A stretch of DNA of 64,000 nt from Tubulanus polymorphus. Its lineage: Eukaryota; Animalia; Nemertea. The notes beneath the pieces are model-generated. The model was not told the origin of the DNA. It searched no databases and saw only the letters and a program-made list of their open reading frames with translations. The stretch is from NCBI RefSeq assembly GCF_964204645.1, contig NC_134027.1:9766485-9830484 (forward strand), given 5' to 3'. The position numbers and the translations under genes are program-made. Positions 11,296-23,600 of the stretch are shown one piece after another (the stretch's first letter is position 1; every line of letters begins with the position of its first letter).

Positions 11296-12970
11296 ATGGA
11301 AAATCTTCGTCAAACTTCAATTGCATCCCGCAACGACGGGACTGAGAATCAATCGGACATCATGACTGATGGTAAATATACACAGCATTCATACATCGGG
11401 GGCATTCATTCGTAACTGAAAATTTTCCAAAATTTTTCTAACTTGATTATCTAACTATCGTTTACTATAAATGTTAGGTTTCCAATATGTTATTTCAGAT
11501 TCAGAATTTTACCTAGATGGTAAATTATATACAAGCCAAAATATGCATAGTTTACCGGGTAATTACACCAATCGGCTTTAAGTTATATATAACTCGCGCG
11601 TTATAAATCAAACATCCGGGCTTAAAGTAATAACATTTTTCGGTTCAGGTATTCCGCATGAGTTATGGCAATCATGTCGACCAAATACTGTCACATTGAT
11701 AACTCATTACTATACGTATCCCGGTGAACGACCAAAGGTCCTCGGAAGCCCGTTGAACTCCGGATGGTACATGGATAGGATCCCAGAGACAAACTGGTGG
11801 AATGTGAACTTGGCTGATAACGAGCTTCCAGCGCGCCTGAAATTGTCGATATGTACCGAAGATGGGCAGGTGATAAAGCTTGAGCCAAGAGCTGATAGAT
11901 TCGTTCAATCTGAACCAGGCATTTACTTCCTCCAGTGGGGACATGGATCCGTTCAGATTCATTCGCTGCCGTGTCTTGATGGTAATTTGTGGTTCTCTAT
12001 TTGAAAATATTGAACTCGTTACTGATCTTAGATTTGTTTAATCCGTACACGTTATTTCTTAAACTTTTTCTATTATTTCAGATAAGGAAATCGTCGCAGT
12101 TGATTGCATCGAACCAGCGAACAAACCAGAAAGTGACCAATGCACACTGGACGAACCATCGGAATTGAAAACCTCCAATAGCCACGATTCACACGGCGGG
12201 TCGGACTCATCATATCTCGGAGGTAATTCGTGATTTTCCAATTGCAAATTGTATCAATATCGTTTAGAATAGATTGGAAAAAATGTATGGATTTTATCAA
12301 GATGTACGTGAAAAATGTTTGGGTAATCCTTCCATCGTTCCATCGTATAGATGCGTTAGAGAATGTAAATGACATCGAACCAACAAAAAGAGATGTTGAT
12401 ACTCTGGATAATGTCCACAGTGACTCCGATTCATCTCATATTGCGGGTAATTGATGATTTTACCATTTTAGTGAACTAGATGTAGATGTTTTTTTGCTTC
12501 TATGTTTTGTGTAAATCGCCGCGATTAATTCCAATTAGTATGGCAATGTATAAGAAAATGAATTATTATTATTACAATTTCAGATCTTTGAATGCCTCAT
12601 CATGTTTTAGTAAACTTATAATCCCTTGTTTTAGGTACGTCAGGGGATGAAGGCAATGAACCAACCAGTGAAGACGCCGATAGACCAGACAATGATTCGG
12701 CAGTAGTGGACGAACCACCAGAGACAATCGATCGTACAAACATCGATCATGAATCCAAACTAGTGAACACCTCTTCTGGCTTCAAGGGTAAGAGAACATT
12801 ACGACTAAATCTACGTGAAGCAAATGAATCTACTAGAAATTATATATGAAATAATAATGCAATTGAATTATACTATTTTCGTCTTTTTCGCAGGTAAAAT
12901 GAAGACATTTCGTAGATTTGCGCGGAGGAACCTCCGAAGATTTTTCGTATGCGGCAGTTTTGGCCGCTGA
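11296..12970 (+). CDS. Uncharacterised 298-aa protein: degenerate CBM20-like domain, acidic linker, basic C-terminal helix; exons 11296-11371, 11499-11519, 11649-11981, 12082-12222, 12351-12446, 12635-12787, 12894-12970
   Basis: Seven exons with strong GT-AG sites, all six introns phase 1, open for 897 nt; AATAAA at ~13180. The domain call comes from visual motif resemblance only. Confidence 0.8.
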
Positions 12971-13915
12971 CTCAATTTTCACAAATTTTACATTCCAAGG
13001 CGTTTAGTTGTCGCTGTGGGGCCTTGTTACATGTTAGAGGGAGTCCTGCACTGTGGAGCGTTACATTCTTCTCTTAGCTCTACTCAACGTAGACATTTTA
13101 CCCGATCATCTGTAGTTTCTTCAACCTCTGTTTCTGGGCTTTACTCGCGGCAACTAACGCCTCTTATATACTAGTAAATAATAAATCATGATTAATGTAC
13201 ATTCGGCCTATACCGCCAATAGATTCTCAAATTAGAAAACAAATAAGTTGTTATTTACTTTATCTACTTCGGAAAGACAATCTCACCGAGTATGATTTAG
13301 TTGTCTCCAGTAAAAATCGAACCTTGGTCATATCTTCGAGTGACAAGATCTTGGAGTAATTATCTTGAAAAGATAATCACTCCAAGGTCGTATCTATGTC
13401 TGATCAGAACTCATAAGGATACAACTTTTGGTAACAGCCAGGGGCCCGGTTTCACGAACGGGGGAATAAGCCCCTTATTCAGGTTAGTTGGCTAATTCGA
13501 ATTAAAATTTTGAGGTTAATTTTCGATGCCCGTTTAGCCCAGGAATTAGTGAAATTACGAGCAGGTCAACAACTCACTTGCATCCAAATTGACGTTCGCT
13601 TGGTAAATCAAGTTCCTCACAATAAACCAATCGAACAGTAATCACATGGAAAACTTAACAAAAGACAACTCAGCCATCCAGATGAAAACATCACTTGCAT
13701 CCCAATCGATGTACTATTCCATAAAATCCTCTCACACACCAGCAGCAAATATAGATGAAAAACTATTTCATATATTTTTAATCAACGTTTTATTTTGATT
13801 TTTTTCAAAAGTTTTTTTTTGTAAATTTTTCTTACAAATATTCACGACAGGGTTGTTCATTATAATATTTCAGCCGAAAAACAAATATCGGAAGACAATA
13901 ATAATTGTTGTAATG

Positions 13916-13947
<32 letters not shown>

Positions 13948-14710
13948 AATCATCAGCCATTATACATTTCGTTAGAAAATACGAATTCTTCATTAAAAGT
14001 AAATGAAACACATGATTGAAAATTCCATCATCCTACGGTGATCTTGAATTTCAAAATAAAAAAAAATGTAGTTTCTTGTTCAATTACGATTATTCGGATT
14101 TTTACCCGGTTTTTAAGACTTCATTTTCGATTTATGGAACACAAGGAAAGGATATCGTTAATTCGATTTGTGCAGTTAAATTCAATAGCTTTAAATGAAA
14201 AATGATTGCCAGTTACATTTGAAAAATCCCCTCAGGTCAGCTCCGATTCAGTGACCCCCCAACCGCAAATAGATTTCTTTCTTCTTATAATACATATAAA
14301 TTCATTCTTATTTACAACATTTACATTGATAAAAAGGACGCACAAGTGTATGTATATCAACAGATAAAAATGCCAGTTAACAACTGAAATTTTACATCAA
14401 TGCGCAGGTTTATTATACAGTGCAACCTTGTTACAACGATTTATCGAATGATGTTTTAACAACCCTGAGATTTCAAACCTAGGGAGAAAATTTTATCACC
14501 TTCAACACTGGGTACAATCAAGAAAATATCGAGTTGCAACTAAATTAGACCCGAACTATAGAAAACAAATCCAAATTGTTCGTAACGAACTATGAGTTAT
14601 AATGAATTGATAATTAAACTTGGTAGTCCCCAAATTGTTTAACAAGTATCCGCACTTTACAAATCCCCGGCAAGTGTAAATCAATTACAATGAAGAAATA
14701 AATCTCTGAG

Positions 14711-14936
14711 CAGAGGCGGATCTAGGGTCAGCTTCACGGAGGGGTCCACCCCTAATATAGGGCATATCGTATGATTTAAAAGGCACCCCGATAGAAAGTT
14801 CTTCGGAAAACATTAACTAATTTTTGGAAATACTGAAAACGAGCTTATGAATTCAAACTATTTACGTATCAGTAAAATATCTTAAATTTTCAGGGCAACT
14901 TGACATTTTTAGGGGAATCCCTTTGATCCGCCCCTC
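14711..14936 (+). mobile_element. MITE, CAGGGGCGGATC family
   Basis: CAGAGGCGGATC...GATCCGCCCCTC ends; interior (TCGGAAAACATTAACT..TTTTGGAAATAC, GGGCAACTTGA) shared with 48633-48881. Confidence 0.7.
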
Positions 14937-15573
14937 GCTTGGCCCAACAACTAGACAATACAAATTGTTTGGTGAAGGACTGTGATGTTTGTTCAATAAG
15001 TTCCATTTGTAATTTCAATGAATTTTTAACATCATTCTAGTATAACACATCGAACCCACTGGCCTTTTAAGATTTTATTCTGGCCAGAGTATTTTCTAAC
15101 CATTCAGACGCTTATTTTCAAAGATTTAATTTCCACGTACAATTGAAAACAATCCCCCATATTAATACTGAAACAATTTTCAAACAGACACTGAAAACTT
15201 CTTTTTCGTTACGCAAACAACTTCAAACGACGAGAATTTATTTCTTCATTGTTCAGCAGCAAAATAACACAGAATTCTCAAAAGGATCCGAGCACCAAAT
15301 ATATCGATCACAATCGTTCATTCTCCACGAACCGGACCACCACTGACCAAACGACCAATTTCCGTTCGTCGACCGCGAAAATAATCAGCACAGAAGTAGT
15401 TTCACTCAATAATAATAATAATTATAATATAATCTCATTTCGCGCGATAATTAAATACCCGTTTTTTTTTATCGATCATAAATATCATCGTCGTTCACTC
15501 GAATCTACGTTCATTTCGTACGGTTCCGTCGCGCGCACTCACTCACACGCACACATGCGTACACACTCACACG

Positions 15574-18500
15574 CTAAACTTTAACCGTCCGATTCGGCAG
15601 CGTTTTTACGTCGGCGAGAACGTCGAAAGTCCGTCGTTCCGTTGGCGACGTCGATGACGCAGATAAATGTGGTTCGATGTTGTTACTGTTCGTATCCGTT
15701 AGAGCGTTAACGGCGCCGCTGTCGCCGGATGACGAGTCACACGGACGATGATGCTGCTGCTGCTGCTGCTGCTGCTGCTGATGATGAAACGATAACTGCG
15801 GCAAAGATCCTGAATGATGATGAGACAGTGGAGAAGATGAATGATGATCGTTGTCACCTGGAAGAAAATGAAATAAAGAGCAAAAGTTAATAGAAAGCCG
15901 CACATCATCAATGAATATTCATTAGTTACACGGTACAAAAGGTTTTTCAAGATGATTCAAAGACAATCATTTGAGATGATCCAGATATTCTGTCAACTTG
16001 AAGCAACAGGGTTCCGGCACACGACCTATCCCGTCAGATGGTGCTAATAACATCGCAGAGGTACACGATCAAGATAAGTTAATTCCTAATTAACTTTGAT
16101 CTAAATTTCGGCATTTCAATTCAAAAATTAGGAAAAATAATGCATCTAGATTCATCTCAAGAGTTCATATTATGTGGATTGATTTTCGTACATCAAGCAT
16201 TGAATTCGAGAAATAGATTTCGATTTTGCTCGAGAAGAAATGCTGCATTGACTACGTACTGTACACTAGTGAACCTGGGGGATGATGGTGAAACAATTGC
16301 TTGCCACAGTAGCATTGCCGGTACCTCGATATTGTAGTTATTCATAGGCAGAATTACGTTGTTGGCTTTTCGCTGACTTACCGATAGACTGTGAGGTATT
16401 TGTATGACGAGGCAATGAACTATGATGGCCTCCTCCTAGAGGTTGTTCGCTGCCATGGTACTGGTCAGAATGTGGCGATTGACTACGAGAACTGACGCTT
16501 GGACTGGAGTGAATAATGACTGACACTGAGGTCGGGACGGACTCCTCGCTATCGTCCAATGGCGGATATGCCTGAAAAGTCTGCATTAACGGCGGCCGCT
16601 GATAGATGTCGCTGCTGTTTGACAAACAGTGATACGCTGGAGGAGGACTAGTACCTAAACGACAAATAGCGCAATTATAAATAAATATTCATTAATCCAA
16701 CAACGATTTCATACATTTCTCGAATAAACGAATATCTGACTTACTCGACTTACTAGAAATTGACGAAGCTCGATTATCGAACCCGACAAGCGGACGCCGA
16801 CTGGCGGTGTCCTCGTCGCTGTGGTAATTCTGCATGGCGACGTGACCTTTACAATAGATCGATTCAATATCCGGCGTTTGCAAATCCTGACCCGAATACG
16901 CTAAAAAAAATAACGAAAACCGAACGTTTAATAATTGGGACATACTGGTAACACTGTAAATCAGTGGAGTTTCCACTCATTACGATAGCTATCAATTGCT
17001 ACTAGTCTAGTTTCTGGTGTTAAAATTCAGTGAAATCTGTTAGAAATTTGATGACCTTCTCTGAAAACAACTCTAAAGGTTTATTAAGTACTGGTACCAG
17101 TATACCCCTAATGTACGTATTCGTTAAGATTCTCGGTTATCAAAGTGTCTACGTGTATTCGAAGCGAATTATCAAATACAGTCAAAGTTTGTTTAAATGC
17201 CATACTTAAATGCCACTGCTCGCTTAACGTCAACATTTTTCAGCGAACAAATTTGCTAACTCAAATTCAATGAAAATACCATTCTTTATAACGCCAAATT
17301 CGTTAAAGCGCCATGTTTTTTCACTGGCCCCAACAATGGCATTACAATGGACTTTTACTGTTTAAGTTCAAACCATTTTCTATTTATTGACCGCACAAGT
17401 AGAAATACCTCGGCTATCTAGTATTTCTGAATACTTACATAACGGTAAACCATTAGATATTTGACCATCTTTGTCGTTTGATTGATATGAGGTCGACGCA
17501 CTCGGCATATCCACCGGCAACGTGATCTCATCCGTCGGGGTCGAGCTATATTCCTCGTTCTTCTTTCGCGTTTTGTAAATAATAATCACCCAAATCAGCG
17601 ACGTGCCGACCACGCAGCAGACGACTGCGATCACGATTATTCCTATCGTCGTCGACTGATCGGTTAAACTGCCGCCATCGCCGTCACCGACCGGCAACGG
17701 AGAATCGTCCTCGTCGACGATTGTGAGCATCGCCGAATCGCTTTCCGTGCCCATCTGATTCGACATTTCGCACGTGTAGCGTCCGCCGTCGGTCGGCTGA
17801 GTTTGTATTATGACCAACAGCTGATTTTCGGCGGTGAAAAAGTGCCGCGGCGTCATCACCAACGGTTTGGCGTCTTTCAACCAGCTCAACTTCGGTTTCG
17901 GACTACCGCTGGCCATGCACTCCAGAACGGTTGTTTCGCCGACGCGCGATTTCTGATCGTTCATGCGTTTGACGAACGACGGCGTTTGCAGCACGCGCAG
18001 CGTCGCGTTCGCGATCACCGTACCGGCGTCGTTCGTCGCCGTGCAGCTGTAGACGCCGGCGTCGGCCGGCTGAACGTTCACGATGAAAAACACGTCGTCG
18101 GTCGGCATGACGTGCATGCGGCGTTCGCGTGCCGCCGGGAAATCGTCGCCACCGTCCTTCTGCCACGCGATCTGCGGCGCCGGCTGCCCGCTGGCGGCGC
18201 ACTCTAGACGTGCAGTGCTGCTCGACTGCACGATGATGTCGACGGGCGTTTTGATGAACGCCGGGAACACGTGCACGACGATCTTCGCTTTCTTCGAATA
18301 GGTCTTGCCGAACTCGTTGCTGACGATGCACTGGTAGCGCCCAGCGTCGGCGTCCCGGATCGCTCGCAGATGTAGCAGCGTCGTAAACTTCATGATCCGC
18401 CCGTCGCCGGTGGTCGCGTAGTTTTCGACATCCGCGTCTTTGACGACCTATAAATAAACGAGCAATCGACGAGATCAAATATTAAGCCCGTACGCTCATT

Positions 18501-20612
18501 ATTTTGGAGAAGCCATTTCGGCAATCATTTTCCGGGTCAACACTACTTAGCTATGATACACATTCAAACTAAATGAACGGCTACTGTATGTAAATGCACT
18601 TGACTTAATTATGACTACTACTACTACAGCGCCTTTCAATCTTTTCAATATTTCAATCTAATCGCCAGAAAAACAAACTACTATTCGATCATTCGAAATT
18701 TAATCGATTGCACAATCCAGGGGTAAATCTTCCTTACCAGGTTATTCTTTTTCCACTGGAATTGCATAGGCGAATTGCTGCTACTGGCAACTGAACATTT
18801 GAGCGTTATGTTGCCCGTTTTGATAGCGATCTGTGATTTCGGCTGCGTTATGATTACCGGTTTCGGGAAATCCTCTGTAAAGACGCGGAAAAACAAGATT
18901 TTAACGACGAATCCCATAGCAAAGGAAATTTTCGCGTCGGAATTATCGCGAAATAAATACATACCGCATTTGTAATCTTCTAAGGGTACGTTGAGAACAT
19001 TTTTCCCCTTCAACCAGATCGGATGAGCGCACACCGCGTTCACGGTTGTCTGGAATCCCGATTTTTCGAGCCACGCCGGTAACCACGTCAACTGGCAATC
19101 GCACAGCAAATTCGTCGTATTGAAATATCTAGGAAAATGAAAACATTACATCGTTATGAAGGTAACCAGATATATCCTTCTGAATAAATTTAATTTCAAA
19201 GCAGTGCTGAGGCTAAATTGATCACTTCTTTCTCATTTCTGCCGAGCTTATAAGTTTGGACCCGGCTGGTTGCCCATCTACCCTGCACATTTCTTCTTTA
19301 AAAATCATGATTAATTTTACCATAACACACCCGGCAGCTATAGAAATGAACTGATTACAAACTTCATTGCAGTTTACAAAAATGACCCGAGCGATTAGGA
19401 GAAACAAGGTATCACTTTTTTAGATCTACAAGGTCTCTAGTCGTTTTACTGTTTTATGTAAATGAACCGAGAACTGCGCGGTACTTACAATTCCTGAAGA
19501 CTGACGAGCTCCGAGAACGCGTTTCCTTGAATCGTCGTGATCGCGTTGTTGTTCAATCGCAAAATCTTCATCAGCTTCAGTCCGGAGAACGCTCGTTTGG
19601 CGATCGACGTAATGCGATTGTTCTCCAACGATAGTTTATGCAGCGACGACAGACCGGTGAACGCGCCGTTCATATCTTCGATCGTCCACGATATTTCGTT
19701 GTTACTCATCTCCCTGGAAATACGTGAGAATATTCTTATACAACACTGTATTATGCGATGGAATTCTCCTTTTCTCGCCGGCGATTTCATCGCTTTAACG
19801 TAACAGGGTGTGTAAATAGAGAGGTAAGAGGTAATTAGAGGTAAATACTCTATAACAATCCTCTATCATAATTCATAGAGGTAACTGCAATCAAACTTGG
19901 ATAAGGTATTGCATTACTTAAGTCGTCTCTATTTTTTTAGTCCCAATTTGTATTATCATTACGTTTTGGCGATTACCATATGAAACGCATTTCTCCTCTC
20001 GCGCTTTCGAGGGCAGGAATATCGCCGTTACGAGTAGACACTTCAGGGCGGCGTATATCGACCCATAATTTGGTCAAAGTAGCGAAAAATGAACAATGTT
20101 TGAATACGTGTTGACATAGCTTTTTCAATTTCACTTCAACACATAGTTCTTTACTACGTTAACAGTAAGCGTATATAGGGAGAGCGAGAATAAGGGCGAA
20201 TCACTAGTCGGGCAGCTCGTACGTATGTACTACGCGTAATGCATACGAAATAAACCGATATGAAATGCACATTGATACCGAATAGAATTCAATACGCGCA
20301 TCAACTGACGATATGCGTGCGTGTTTTTTTTAACAACATCATAATAGGTAGCAATTTGTTTTGTTATTTCTATACGCGATAAAATACAACACCAACTGCA
20401 TATATATGATATATCGATTTATGACGAGAATGAAATTTTTATTATGTATAATATTATACACACTCGGCTCCGCGTGTGTATATCGAAAAATATTGTCATA
20501 AATCTACCGCCGATGACAACATATACACAGTAATTATCTCTAAATGAAACTCAACAGTCTGGTGCGTCTATCATGGACATACGGCTTTTTCCCAATATAT
20601 TTTCCGATGACG

Positions 20613-20671
<59 letters not shown>

Positions 20672-23600
20672 TAATAACAACAACAATAATAATAATAATA
20701 ATAATAATAAATCCTGGCGTGCACGTGCGACTTACAGTATTTCTAACAACGTCAATCCTCGGAACGCGTTGTCGCCGATGTAAGAAATTCGATTGTGGCT
20801 GAGATGCAGAAACTTCAGACTGCGCAGTTTCTCGAACGTTCCCGTGCCGATGCCCGTCAGTCGATTGTGGTTCAGATCCCTGAAAATTACGAACAGAAAA
20901 TTCAAATACAAAATCAAACTGAATATATAATTTGATCATTACCGGTATTTAATTGTTTTATTTCATCCCGTCAACCCTCATGTGATCAACCTATATACGC
21001 TGGTCACACTTGCCCTTTGTGTACGACATCCAGGTTCGATCCCCAGTAAGTTCATGTACAGTTGTAATTCATTTCACTTAACCTAACAACTAGTGTCTGC
21101 TAAATCTAGTTTGATCTGTTCTGGAAATTATTCAATCTCGCAAAAAACATTTTTTTTCCTACCAATAGATCTTGCAAACTAGGGGGTCCAGGGATACCCA
21201 GTGGTGAAATGCTAAACTGACTATTTCAATATTCAACGCCCACTGGTGGACCCATAAAAAGCGGATTAGCCCTGTTAATGTATACCTAACATGTAAACAG
21301 CAATGGCCGTCAGTTTGCCATTTGAAATCTGATGGGGCTGATGTGTTTAGGTAGATACAATCAATTGAAACATCAATACTTCCAAAAATAGCTGGATTCC
21401 ATCTACAGAGGAACAACTGGACAAAGTGGGCTAAAAATGACAACATCAGTTGAAATGATTGCTATGAATCAATCATTATCGTAGATATAGTCAATCCAAT
21501 CTAATCCAGATAAATGATGAAAATATTAATAATAATAATAATAATAATCTTATATGCGAAGATAATATCCCCCGAAAAATGATATCGCGACCCAGTTATT
21601 ATCATCGCAGCCGACGACGGGGGGCCCATTAATACAAACGGTTTCCTGTCCGAATCGGCCTATTAGACACGTACGGTGTAATTAGAACTCTACGAGTTAT
21701 TTTATTAATAGAGTCAACTCATTAAACGTTGTTGACAATGAGAGACGATGGATTATTCAGCGAACGTGATATTTCGATGAATTTTCGTAGCTATCTACGA
21801 TTTTAGATGGGATCTTATTTTTTTTCATATCTGTATTTGCAGATGAGCAAGTTTCTACTTACAGTTCCCAAAGCAACTGACAAAATTCCCAGCCGTCCGC
21901 TTCGATTTGTTGAATTTGATTTTGCGCCAATGACCTGAAATTTACAAATTTTACGAATTAACATCCAGTAATAGTAAATCATCGGAAAAAGTTAATCGAC
22001 GAAATGAGAGAAAAAAACGCATTAGGGCCACAGGGTTCGACGAGTACAAATCACTTGTTCCTGATAATAACTGTTCAAATATAATCCAATTATGTAACGA
22101 CCACTGAATTCGTAGCGCAACATGGAAAGGCAAACATCATCAAAATATATACAAATACGTAATAAATTCATAACTCATCTGACAGCTATATCTGGCCGAA
22201 TGATATTTCAGTACATTCCTTCCAAATACCCGATACTTATATATATACGAATATTTTGGAGGGGGGGAGCTCTGACAGCGTACTTACATTTGCTGCAATG
22301 AGGACAATCCATAAAGCCAACCCTTCGATATCTTCGTTAGATTGTTATGGTCAAGTTTTCTATACGAAAAAATAGTAAACGGAGAATGTGTTCATCATTT
22401 CTGGTCGTGAAGCTATTTAAAAAAGTTCAATGCGCCGACCCCCTGATTGCTAGATCACACACAGAAAATTACATAAACAGAAATTACAGATGTAAGGTCT
22501 GGTAACAATTCGTAAGGGGAGAGGAAAGCCGGCCAGCTGGCTACCAGACACTTCTCGCAGTACCAGATTCCCACCAGTGTTCAAAGGGAAATTCTATTCA
22601 TTTAAAACGTTTTAAAAATCATCTCTTTTTAATTTCAACTGTTTTTAATATTAGCCAAACGTCGACAAGCAGTCTTTACTTTCCTATTTACGGATGGTTC
22701 TAACAATAAGAAATCAATTGAAATGCAACGAAATAAACAATGGTTTTACTGTAAGAAATCAAGCGAATTGCAATGAAATAAACAGTTTTGGAAATCATTT
22801 CACTTTCTCTTGTTGGTAACATCTCAGATTTTTAACAATGTGTTAGCATATGTGTGTGGTCTCAAGGAGAGTATCCTGTACAAATTACTTGTTGTATAGA
22901 GTAGTGACACTTCCACAGCAGGAGACTTACAATTATTCCCTTTCATCGCAACATTTTTGCCATGGCAGCACTTTGCACCCAAAACATTTTGGGGGGATGA
23001 AAATAAACAACTGAATAGCAGCTATGTTAACAGGGGACGAACTATAGCGTACGTTTTATCACAGTATCAAGCCGTAGGCAAATTGCTGAGGATCATTCCT
23101 TTAATTCAAACACTTTTCAAAATATTTTGATGCAAATTTTAGATATTTGATTTTTAGATTAGGGGCACAGATTATGCGGGCCGGCATTAGGGTCTTGCGT
23201 ACAAATCCCCAGATATAATGTGTACAGATGCGAATAATCATACTTACAGGACTTGGATGTTACTGAGTCCCCAAAACGATCCGTCCATCATATGCGTGAT
23301 CACGTTGCGGCGTAGTTTCAAAACTCGCAGTTTTTCCAAGCCATGGAAACTCAAACCTTCAACGACCTTTATACGATTACGGTTCAATTCCCTGTAGAAA
23401 CAAAAGTTGCGAGTGAATTAACAAAATCGGAGCATCAAATAAATCATCTGAGTTTACGATGGTGCCAGCAGCAGTAGGGAAGGGATCACCGGACCTTTCA
23501 GAACTATAGGATAATGAAATGGTTCAAATTCTTCAGTTTGTGCGAAGACAATACTGCAAGGTTTTTGAATCAAGTTTTATCAAGAAAGGTAATATAAGGT

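Noticed and set aside
17803-18478. Overlapping or antisense ORFs up to 191 aa within LRIG exon 13
   Set aside because: Expected shadows of a GC3-rich 1-kb exon; the translations are low-complexity and Arg-rich.
20544-20939. Poly-Asn and poly-Ile ORFs
   Set aside because: Translations of the intronic (AAT)n microsatellite.
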